Source of the DNA: Chloroflexota bacterium
GTDB taxonomy: Bacteria > Chloroflexota > Limnocylindria > Limnocylindrales > CSP1-4
Direction: 5' to 3'
Length of the DNA stretch: 39,795 bases
NCBI GenBank assembly: GCA_021788175.1
Contig: JAJYKX010000002.1
Location: forward strand, 1-39,795
Shown here: in pieces, positions 7,034 through 14,872 of the stretch
Position numbering within the stretch: position 1 is the first letter of the stretch
Layout of the letters: each line of letters opens with the position of its first letter
Program-made: the position numbers and the translations under genes
The notes under the pieces: model-generated
Told to the model about the DNA's origin: nothing
The model's input: only the letters and a program-made list of their open reading frames with translations
Database searches by the model: none

Positions 7034-7690
7034 ATGGCGGCATCGCCGCAGCGGTTCGTGGTGCTTGTCTATCGGGTCCCGCCGAAGCCGGCCGCGAACC
7101 GCGTCTACGTCTGGCGGATGCTCAAGAAGGTGGGCGCCGTCTACCTGCAGCAGGCCGTCTGCGTCTTCCCCCAGAACGCCCGCATCGCGCGGGACCTGCA
7201 GCCGATCCTGCGGCGCATCGAGGAGTCCTCCGGCGAGTACCACCTGCTCCCCCTGCGGAGGCTGCCGGCCGAGGAGGAGGCGAAGCTGGTGGCGCAGTTC
7301 ACCGAGCAGACCGCCCGGCACTACGCCGAGATCATCGAGGACTGCGAGGTCAACTTCACCAAGGAGATCGAGTTCGAGACGTTCCGCCGCAACTTCACGT
7401 ACGAGGAGGCGGAGGAGATCCGGAGCGAGTACGAGAAGGTCTGCGCGTGGTTCGAGCGCGTGCGTGAACGCGACTGGTTCGGCGCTCCGAACCGGCAGGA
7501 GGCGCAGGCCTGGCTGGACCGCTGTTCCGCCATGCTCGAGGAGTTCGAGGCGCGGGTCTACCAGGCGCAGGCGCTCACAGGCGAGCTCACGGCCGAGGGA
7601 TCGGTGCCGTCCGCCCCTCCCGCGGGGCGCGGATCCCGGCCCGTGCGCACCCGGCGTGCCACGGCGGGCGTGCGCGAATCGGCGGGGTGA
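7034..7690 (+). CDS. ChrB N-terminal-domain protein (chromate-resistance regulator-like), lacking the C-terminal domain
   Basis: GGAGG (7021-7025) lies 8 nt before ATG 7034. FVVLVYRVPPKPAANRVYVWRMLKKVGAVYLQQAVCVFP matches the ChrB N-domain pattern as I remember it. The last 40 or so residues are low complexity. Confidence 0.7.
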   Translation: MAASPQRFVVLVYRVPPKPAANRVYVWRMLKKVGAVYLQQAVCVFPQNARIARDLQPILRRIEESSGEYHLLPLRRLPAEEEAKLVAQFTEQTARHYAEIIEDCEVNFTKEIEFETFRRNFTYEEAEEIRSEYEKVCAWFERVRERDWFGAPNRQEAQAWLDRCSAMLEEFEARVYQAQALTGELTAEGSVPSAPPAGRGSRPVRTRRATAGVRESAG

Positions 7691-7819
7691 CCCGGGCGTC
7701 CGGCGGGACGGGCCGCGCCGGGCGGTCATCGGCGAACCTTGCCATAATGCCGCGGCGGCCCTGCGGCCGGGCTCCCACACCACGCCACGCGGCATGCAGA
7801 TGACGGAGGTGCTTCGATC

Positions 7820-9088
7820 GTGACGCCTGGCGACGCGTCCGGTTCCGTGCCCGGTGCTGCCCCCGACACCGCCACCTCGGCCGCCACGACCGCGGCGGCC
7901 GTCGCACCGGACGGCACGACCCAGGGGCTGGGCCAGCGCAACGAGCGGCTCCTCATGATCGGGGTGGTCGGCTACAGCGCCCTGGTCGTGCTCCTCATGT
8001 TCCTGCGCGGGATCGAGATCACGCCGGACGTGATGGCAGTGGCCTTCGGCCTCGGGGCCGTCCTGCTCGGACGGGGCCGGCTCTTCCTGCGCGACTGGCT
8101 CCCCTTCGTGGTGCTCTTCCTCGCCTACGAGCTGATGCGCGGGCTGGCGGACAACGTGGGACTCCCCGTCCACATCACCGACATGGTGACCGCCGAGCGG
8201 TTGGTCGCGTTCGGCCACATCCCGTCGCAGATCCTGCAGGATGCCTTCCACCCCGCCACCGGCGTGGACATCGTGGCGGAGATCGCCACGGTGGTCTACA
8301 TGCTCCACTTCGCGCTCCCGCTGGTGACCGGCTTCATCCTCTGGGTCTGGCGGCGGGCGCACTACTACGACTTCGTGGCCGCGCTGATCTTCCTCAGCCT
8401 GTGGGGCTTCGTGACCTTCGTCCTGATCCCGACGGCGCCGCCGTGGTATGCCGCGCAGGTCGGTGCGCTCAACGGCCCCAACGGGCACGCGGTGATCTCG
8501 TACCTCAAGCCGGGCGCCTTCGACACGCTGGCCAACTTCTTCGGGTTCAAGGCGGACTACATCTACACGTACACGTTCTACGACGTGAACCCCAACGGTT
8601 TCGCCGCCTGGCCGTCGCTGCACGTGGGTTACCCGTTCCTCTCGTTCCTCGTGCTGCGGCGGGCGTTCGGCAGGATCGGCTGGATCGGCCTCGCCTACAC
8701 CCTGCTGGTGGCCTTCTCGGTGATGTACACCGGCGACCACTGGCTCATCGACTGCATCGGCGGCGTCGCCTACGCCTACGTCTCGTACTACGTGATCGTC
8801 CATGCGACGGCGGTCCAGCGGCGGCTGGCGCGTCTGCGCGATGACACGCTCTCCACGGCGGCACCGGGCGGGGTACGCGAGTGGGTCACAAGCTTCCCGT
8901 CCACCGTGTCGTGGTCGCGCCTCGTGCTCGGCGGCGTGATCGCGGTGGTGGGCGTGGGCGGCGTGCAGACGATGGAGCGGGCCCGCGACACCGCGACGTG
9001 GCTCTACCTGGTCCCCTGGGGCGTGCTGGTGGTCGGCATCTGGCTGGTGGCCGTCTCGGTGCTGCGACGGGGGAGGACGGCCCGATGA
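7820..9088 (+). CDS. PAP2-superfamily membrane protein (inositol-phosphorylceramide-synthase-like)
   Basis: GGAGG (7805-7809) lies upstream of GTG 7820. The protein has multiple TM helices and the PAP2_C-type motifs PSLHVGYPF and TGDHWLIDCIGG. The N-terminal 45 residues are low complexity, so a later start at MIGVVGY is possible. Confidence 0.8.
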   Translation: MTPGDASGSVPGAAPDTATSAATTAAAVAPDGTTQGLGQRNERLLMIGVVGYSALVVLLMFLRGIEITPDVMAVAFGLGAVLLGRGRLFLRDWLPFVVLFLAYELMRGLADNVGLPVHITDMVTAERLVAFGHIPSQILQDAFHPATGVDIVAEIATVVYMLHFALPLVTGFILWVWRRAHYYDFVAALIFLSLWGFVTFVLIPTAPPWYAAQVGALNGPNGHAVISYLKPGAFDTLANFFGFKADYIYTYTFYDVNPNGFAAWPSLHVGYPFLSFLVLRRAFGRIGWIGLAYTLLVAFSVMYTGDHWLIDCIGGVAYAYVSYYVIVHATAVQRRLARLRDDTLSTAAPGGVREWVTSFPSTVSWSRLVLGGVIAVVGVGGVQTMERARDTATWLYLVPWGVLVVGIWLVAVSVLRRGRTAR

Positions 9089-10071
9089 CGCAGGACGAGC
9101 GGTACGCGGCGGCGCGCGCGCGGGCCGCGACCGAGCGCGCCAGGCAGGGGCTGCCGGAACTCGCCGAGGCCAGCCTCGGCGTGATCGGCGGTTCCGGCCT
9201 CTACGAGATCGATGGCCTGCGCGACGTGGTGGAGGTGCGCCCGCAGACGCCCTACGGCGCTCCGTCGGACGCGCTGGTGGTGGGCACGCTGGGCGCGAGC
9301 CGCATCGCCTTCCTGCCGCGGCACGGTCGAGGCCATCGGCTCACTCCGTCGGAGGTGCCGTTCCGCGCCAACGTCTACGCCCTCAAGCTGCTGGGCGTCG
9401 GATCCGTGGTGGCCGTGTCCGCCTGTGGGTCGATGCGGGAGGAGATCCGCCCGCGCGACGTGGTGGTGCCCGACCAGTTCATCGATCGCACCAAGGATCG
9501 TCCGGCCACCCTCTTCGGGCACGGTGTGGTGGTCCACGTCGGATTCGCCGACCCCTTCTGCCCGGTCCTCTCCGCGCGCCTCGCCGACGAGGCGGAGGCC
9601 GTCTTCTCGGCCGCGGACGTCGCGGTCGCCGCCACGCCCGCGGCCCGACGGGTGCACCGCGGCGGCGCCTACCTGGCCATGGAGGGGCCGCAGTTCTCCA
9701 CGCGCGCCGAATCGCACCTCTACCGGAGCTGGGGCGTCAGCGTCATCGGGATGACCGGGCTCCCCGAGGCGAAGCTGGCCCGCGAGGCAGAGCTCTGCTA
9801 CGGCATGCTCGCGTACGCCACCGACTACGACTGCTGGCACGAGGGTGAGGAGGCGGTGAGCGTCGCGCAGGTCGTGGCGAACCTGGGAGCCAACGTCGCG
9901 TCCGCGCGCTCGATCATCCGGCGCATGGCGGAGACCGGGGCGCCGGGGCGAGACCGCTGCGCATGCGCCTCGGCGCTCGCGGGGGCCGTGCAGACGGAGC
10001 GTGCCGCGGTGGATCGGGCGCGCGTGCGCGAGCTCGACCTGCTCCTGGGCGGGGAACTCGCGGCGGGCTGA
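9085..10071 (+). CDS. mtnP: S-methyl-5'-thioadenosine phosphorylase
   Basis: ATG 9085 overlaps the upstream stop (ATGA), with GGGAGGA at 9071-9077. MTAP hallmarks: GVIGGSGLY, FLPRHGRGHRLTPSEVPFRANVYALKLLG, MEGPQFSTRAES, VIGMTGLPEAKLAREAELCY, DYDCWH. Confidence 0.9.
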   Translation: MTQDERYAAARARAATERARQGLPELAEASLGVIGGSGLYEIDGLRDVVEVRPQTPYGAPSDALVVGTLGASRIAFLPRHGRGHRLTPSEVPFRANVYALKLLGVGSVVAVSACGSMREEIRPRDVVVPDQFIDRTKDRPATLFGHGVVVHVGFADPFCPVLSARLADEAEAVFSAADVAVAATPAARRVHRGGAYLAMEGPQFSTRAESHLYRSWGVSVIGMTGLPEAKLAREAELCYGMLAYATDYDCWHEGEEAVSVAQVVANLGANVASARSIIRRMAETGAPGRDRCACASALAGAVQTERAAVDRARVRELDLLLGGELAAG

Positions 10072-10097
10072 CCGTCGGGCGACGACGGGAGGGCTGG

Positions 10098-11768
10098 TTG
10101 GGCGGGGCTGGCAGGCGTGACGATCGGGCGGCCCAGTCCGACGGCGCCGGGCGCGGCTCGCCGCTGTTCGAGGCAGGAACGCTCCTCGGCCGGATCCGTG
10201 CTCCCGAGCTGCGGCTCGTCGATGCGCGCCGGTGCCTCGGGGCGCGGGCAGCCGCACTGATCCTCACGGGCGCGCTCGTCGCAGCGTGCGGCGGGGCCAC
10301 GCCCGCGTCGCCGGCAGGAGCGTCGCCGGCAGGAGCGTCGCCGGCAGGAGCGTCGGGGGCCTCGGCACGACCGCCATCCCCCGGTGCCTCGGCCGGCATG
10401 GCGACCACGGGGGCCGGCTCGGCCGGGAGTGCCCGGCCCCGGCCGGCGCCGGGCGGGAGCCCCCTGACGTCGACCCCGGCGATCGTCTCCGCCTCGCCGT
10501 CGCCGGCCGCCGCGACCGTCGCATCCGCGTGGCCCGTCTACCACCGCGACGAGGAACGGACCGGCGTCGATCCGACCTTCCCGGCGCTGCGCGGCACGCC
10601 GTCCGTGGCGTGGTCGACGGGCCTGGATGGCGCGGTCTACGCCGAGCCGCTCGTCATCGGCGGGCGCGTCATCGTGGCCACCGAGCAGGACACCGTCTAC
10701 GCCCTCGACCCGGCCAGCGGGCGGATCGCCTGGCAGCGGCACCTGGGGAGCCCGGTCCCCCTCGCCACGCTCCCGTGCGGCGACATAGACCCACTCGGGA
10801 TCACCGGGACGCCCGCCTACGATCCCGCCACCGGGTCGCTCTTCGTGGTGGCGGAGATGACGGGTCCCCGGCACGTGCTCTACGCGCTCGACCCCGCGAG
10901 CGGGGCGGTGCGCTGGTCCCGGGACGTCGACCTCGCGGGAGACGACCCGGCGACCCACCAGCAGCGTGCGGCGCTGGCCGTGGGCAACGGCTACCTGTAC
11001 GTCGGGTTCGGCGGTCTGGCCGGGGACTGCGGCGCCTACCGCGGCGAGGTCGTGGGCGTGCCCACCAGCGGGCGCGGCGCGACGATCGCGTACCGGGTCC
11101 CGGTGGCGCGCGAAGGCGCCGTCTGGGCCACCGCCGGGCCCTCGCTGGACGCAGCCGGCAACGTGTACGTGTCGGTGGGAAACGGCGCCTCCACCGGCAC
11201 GTACGACGGGAGTGACTCGGTTCTCGAGCTCTCGCCCACGCTGCTGCTCCTGTCGCGCTTCGCCCCGGCGACCTGGGCGCAGGACAACGCCTCCGACGCC
11301 GATCTCGGATCGCTCGGGCCGGTGCTGGTGCCGGGCGGCTGGGTGTTCATCAGCGGGAAAGCCGGGACCGGGTACGTGCTGCGCCAGGGGGCGCTCGGCG
11401 GGATCGGGGGACAGGTGTCGTCCGCGCCCGTCTGCCGCGGGTTCGGCGGTGCCGCGCGGCTCGCCGACACGGTCTTCGTCCCCTGCCCGGACGGGCTCCG
11501 GGCCGTCAGGATCGGCTCCGACGGGTCGATCCACGTCGAGTGGCGCACGACATCGGGAGCCGACGGACCGCCGGTGGTGGGCGGGGGTGTGATCTGGGCC
11601 CTTGACCTGGAGCGGGGCAACCTGCTCGCGCTCGACCCGGCCACCGGCGATGCGCTGGCCCGGGTGCGGACCGGGAGCGTCCCCCATTTCGCCTCGCCGA
11701 CGCTCTGGCAGGGCCTGGTGCTCGTCGGCACCATGCACGGAGTCGTCGCGGTCCGCGCCGGGAGCTGA
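10098..11768 (+). CDS. PQQ-like beta-propeller repeat lipoprotein (BamB-like fold)
   Basis: GGGAGGG (10087-10093) lies 4 nt before TTG 10098; the start is uncertain, with CTG near 10209 as an alternative. The signal/lipobox reads ARRCLGARAAALILTGALVAACGG. Repeated propeller motifs are present (GAVYAEPLVIGGRVIVATEQDTVYALDPASGRIAW; VLYALDPASGAVRW). Confidence 0.75.
   Translation: MGGAGRRDDRAAQSDGAGRGSPLFEAGTLLGRIRAPELRLVDARRCLGARAAALILTGALVAACGGATPASPAGASPAGASPAGASGASARPPSPGASAGMATTGAGSAGSARPRPAPGGSPLTSTPAIVSASPSPAAATVASAWPVYHRDEERTGVDPTFPALRGTPSVAWSTGLDGAVYAEPLVIGGRVIVATEQDTVYALDPASGRIAWQRHLGSPVPLATLPCGDIDPLGITGTPAYDPATGSLFVVAEMTGPRHVLYALDPASGAVRWSRDVDLAGDDPATHQQRAALAVGNGYLYVGFGGLAGDCGAYRGEVVGVPTSGRGATIAYRVPVAREGAVWATAGPSLDAAGNVYVSVGNGASTGTYDGSDSVLELSPTLLLLSRFAPATWAQDNASDADLGSLGPVLVPGGWVFISGKAGTGYVLRQGALGGIGGQVSSAPVCRGFGGAARLADTVFVPCPDGLRAVRIGSDGSIHVEWRTTSGADGPPVVGGGVIWALDLERGNLLALDPATGDALARVRTGSVPHFASPTLWQGLVLVGTMHGVVAVRAGS
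10305..10356 (+). repeat. 15-bp in-frame tandem repeat, about 3.5 copies
   Basis: GCGTCGCCGGCAGGA occurs at 10305-10319, 10320-10334 and 10335-10349, with a partial copy to 10356. It encodes (ASPAG)x3 in the linker just after the lipobox. Confidence 0.9.
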
Positions 11769-11793
11769 GATCCGGGCCGCGCGCTGAGATCCG
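11764..11793 (+). repeat. 11-bp direct repeat GCTGAGATCCG x2, 19-bp period
   Basis: Copies lie at 11764-11774, overlapping the stop codon at 11766-11768, and at 11783-11793. Both are just upstream of the GT2-PilZ gene. Confidence 0.6.
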
Positions 11794-11828
11794 CGCCACC
11801 TCGCCGGGGCCGCCCGCCCCCGCGGGTC

Positions 11829-13859
11829 GTGACGCCCGCGACCCCGGACCAACGGATCCTCAGGCCCGACGAACGTCCCATGGCGGGAGCGGGCCCCCGC
11901 TCACTACGTTCCGCTCCGATGAACGAGCATCCCTCGACCCACGCGACCGGCCCGCGACCCGACCCGGCGTTTCCCGATGGCGGCCTGCCGGCCCCGGAGA
12001 CGCGAGCCCGCAAGGCGCTGGTTCGTGGGACGGCCCTGGTGGCCCTCGCGGTCACCGCCGCCTACCTCGCCTGGCGGCTCACGGGGACGATCGACATGGC
12101 CTGGTGGTGGGTCTCCATCCCGCTCTTCCTGGTCGAGGTGCACAACGCGATCGGCCTGCTCCTCTACACCGTCGCCCTCTGGGACGTGGACCCGGGCACG
12201 CCGCCCCGGCCCGGCACGGACGATGCCTGGAGGGTGGCGGTCCTGATCCCCACCTACAACGAGCCGCTGGAGATCCTCCTCCCGACCATCGCGGCGTCCG
12301 TCGCGCTGCGGCCCGCGCACCAGACGTGGGTCCTCGACGATGGCGCTCGCGAGGAGGTCCGCCGGCTCGCCGAGCGGTTGGGCGCCCGGTACCTGGCCCG
12401 CACGGAGCATCGCCACGCCAAGGCCGGGAACGTGAACCACGCGCTGGAGCAGATCGACGCCGACTTCGTGGCCATCCTGGACGCCGATCACGTGCCGACG
12501 GCCCGGTTCCTCGAGGCGACGCTCCCGTATTTCCGGGATTCGCGACTCGCGTTCGTCCAGACCCCGCAGGACTTCTACAACCTGGAGTCGTTCGAGCACG
12601 AACGGCAGCGCAACGGCCGGGTCTTCAACGAGGAGGCCGTCTTCTACCGCGTGATCGCACCGGCCAAGACCCGCTGGTCGGCGCCGTTCTGGTGCGGCAC
12701 CTGCGCCGTGCTCCGCGTTGCCGCGCTGCGCTCCGTGGGCGGCGTCGCCACCGACAGCGTCACCGAGGACATCCACACCACGATCCGCATGTACCGCGCC
12801 GGATGGACCGGCGCCTACCACAACGAGGTGCTCGCACGCGGGCTGGCGCCCGATGACGCCGGCGCCTACCTGCTGCAGCGCAACCGCTGGGCGCGCGGCG
12901 CCATGCAGGTGCTGCGCCGCGAGAACCCGCTCCTCGGCCCCGGGCTCGCGGCAGGACAGCGCCTGGCCTTCCTGACCACCCTCTTCGGCTGGTTCGACTC
13001 CTGGCGCACGCTCGCGTACATGCTGATCCCGCTGGCCGTGGTCGCCACCGGCGCCGTGCCCATCAGGGCGCCCGGCGCCGTCTACGCGCCGTTCTTCCTG
13101 GCCACGCTCGCCCTGCAGTTCGTGGCCCTGCGCCTGCTGGCGCGCGGCCACTACCCGCCGGTCCTGTCCGTCCTCTTCGAGGTGCTGCGGATGCCGGCCG
13201 TGCTCCCCGCCACGCTGGCCATCCTTGCGCCCGACGTGCACGCGCGGTTCCAGGTCACCCCGAAGGGTCGTCGGGGTGATGCCCGGGCCCGGACGCCGGT
13301 GCCGTCCCTGCTCACCGCCCTCGCCGTGGTGTCCGCCGCCGGCATGGCATGGTTCACGGCGTCGCTGCTCGGGGTGGGCCCGCTGCACTACGCGGTGCCG
13401 TGGGCCGCCATCGGTGCCGCCGTCTTCCTGGCGATGAACGAGGCGCTGCTGCTTGCGGCCATCGGTCGCGTGCGTTCCAGCCGGTTCGCCGGGAACCGCC
13501 GGGCGAGCACGCGCCTGCCGGTCCGCGTCGCGGCCCGGATGAACGGCATGGTGTGCGAGGTGCGGGACCTCTCGGTGACCGGGGCACGCGTGCTGCTGCC
13601 GACCCCCGCGCCCGAGATCCCGCCGCGGGTGGCACTCACCCTCGAGCTGGAGCGCGACGTGATCCGCCTGGAGTGCGCAGTCCGGCGCCGGCCCGCGATC
13701 CGCCGCGATGGCGCCGAGGTCGGTCTCCAGTTCGAGCCGGACCAGGAGGAGGAGCTGGCGCGGCTCGCGGTCGGGCTCTTCCATCCCCCGGTGCCGTCGG
13801 TGACCGGCGTCCCGGCGAGCGAGGGTCCCGTGCCCACCTGGGAGACCGCCGCGGCGTAG
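11829..13859 (+). CDS. Cellulose-synthase-like family 2 glycosyltransferase with C-terminal PilZ domain (BcsA-like)
   Basis: GT2 processive-synthase motifs: LIPTYNEP, VLDDG, ILDADH, TEDIHT, LQRNRWARG (QxxRW). PilZ motifs: RRASTR (RxxxR) and DLSVTGARV (DxSxxG). The start is uncertain (GTG 11829, ATG 11880 or ATG 11919), and none has a clear SD. Confidence 0.85.
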   Translation: MTPATPDQRILRPDERPMAGAGPRSLRSAPMNEHPSTHATGPRPDPAFPDGGLPAPETRARKALVRGTALVALAVTAAYLAWRLTGTIDMAWWWVSIPLFLVEVHNAIGLLLYTVALWDVDPGTPPRPGTDDAWRVAVLIPTYNEPLEILLPTIAASVALRPAHQTWVLDDGAREEVRRLAERLGARYLARTEHRHAKAGNVNHALEQIDADFVAILDADHVPTARFLEATLPYFRDSRLAFVQTPQDFYNLESFEHERQRNGRVFNEEAVFYRVIAPAKTRWSAPFWCGTCAVLRVAALRSVGGVATDSVTEDIHTTIRMYRAGWTGAYHNEVLARGLAPDDAGAYLLQRNRWARGAMQVLRRENPLLGPGLAAGQRLAFLTTLFGWFDSWRTLAYMLIPLAVVATGAVPIRAPGAVYAPFFLATLALQFVALRLLARGHYPPVLSVLFEVLRMPAVLPATLAILAPDVHARFQVTPKGRRGDARARTPVPSLLTALAVVSAAGMAWFTASLLGVGPLHYAVPWAAIGAAVFLAMNEALLLAAIGRVRSSRFAGNRRASTRLPVRVAARMNGMVCEVRDLSVTGARVLLPTPAPEIPPRVALTLELERDVIRLECAVRRRPAIRRDGAEVGLQFEPDQEEELARLAVGLFHPPVPSVTGVPASEGPVPTWETAAA

Positions 13860-13975
13860 TCCGGCCGACGGGGCACGATCTCCCTTCCCGGGCTGACTGC
13901 GCGACGGGGCGGACGTGACCCGTCCTGCGCTGCCTGTGACCCGCGCAGGTTCGTGAACGCGTACGCTGCGCGTTC

Positions 13976-14779
13976 GTGATCCTGCTCGCCCTGAAGCTCG
14001 TGCTCACCCCCCTCCTCATCGGTGGGGCCAGCGTCGGTGCGCGGCGCTGGGGCCCCCTGATCGGCGGATGGATGGTGTCGCTGCCGCTCACCTCGGGGCC
14101 CGTGGCGCTCTACCTGGCACTCGACCGCGGCACCTCGTTCGCCGCGTCAGCAGCCGAGGCGTCGGTGGCGGGGAACATCGCGATCGTCGCCTTCTGCCTC
14201 GCCTATGCCCTGGTGGCCACCCGCTCCGGATGGCCCTCGGCGATCGTGGCGGCCGGGATCGGGTGGCTCGCGGCGGCGATCGTGCTGCAACCCGCGCTCG
14301 CGCTGCCGGTCGGCGTGGTCTTCCTGCTGGTGACCGCGATCCTGGCGGCGGCACTGCGCCTGATGCCGGCGGGCTCGACGAGGGCGGGTGGCGCCACCCT
14401 GCCCGGCTGGGACCTGCCGGTCCGGGTGGTGATCGGCACCACCGTGGTCCTCGCCCTCACGGCGGCCGCGCCCGCGCTCGGCTCCAGGACCAGCGGCCTG
14501 CTTGCGATGCTCCCCGTCATCGCCACCGTGCTGGCGATCTTCACGCACCGGCGGGACGGCGCGGAGACGGCCATCGGGGTGCTGCGAGGGATCCTGACCG
14601 GCCTGTTCGGGACGGCCGCGTTCCTGGCCGTGGTCAGTGCCTCCGTGCAGCGCTTCGGGGTGGCGATCGCCTTCGGTGCCGCCATCGGCACCGTGGTGGT
14701 GATCCAGCTGGTCGCCCTGTCGGTGCTGCGCAGGACGCCCGCGGCGTCGCTGGACGGCGCCGTCTCCGGGAGCGCCTGA
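13976..14779 (+). CDS. Uncharacterised polytopic membrane protein (paralogue A)
   Basis: GTG 13976. The protein has about 8 hydrophobic helices. The N-terminus LKLVLTPLLIGGASVGARRWGPLIGGWMVSLPLTSGP is echoed at WDLPVRVVIGTTVVLALTAAAPALGSRTSGLLAMLPV. It is roughly half identical by eye and collinear with 14873..15658. Confidence 0.7.
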   Translation: MILLALKLVLTPLLIGGASVGARRWGPLIGGWMVSLPLTSGPVALYLALDRGTSFAASAAEASVAGNIAIVAFCLAYALVATRSGWPSAIVAAGIGWLAAAIVLQPALALPVGVVFLLVTAILAAALRLMPAGSTRAGGATLPGWDLPVRVVIGTTVVLALTAAAPALGSRTSGLLAMLPVIATVLAIFTHRRDGAETAIGVLRGILTGLFGTAAFLAVVSASVQRFGVAIAFGAAIGTVVVIQLVALSVLRRTPAASLDGAVSGSA

Positions 14780-14872
14780 TCCGCCCGCCGCCCCGGCGGC
14801 GATGGCCCGAGGCGGCCCTGCGGGAGTCGGCGACGCTACGTCGACCTTGCCTGATCCCGCCGCCGCCCGCGG

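Noticed and set aside
7034-7690. Calling this a chromate-resistance locus
   Set aside because: No ChrA-type transporter or chromate reductase is nearby, and the protein lacks the ChrB C-terminal domain. Only the family resemblance is retained.
7739-7748. TTGCCATAAT upstream of the PAP2-like gene as a promoter
   Set aside because: The -35-like TTGCCA and the -10-like CATAAT overlap instead of being about 17 nt apart. At most the -10-like hexamer alone is usable, which is too weak to list as a feature.
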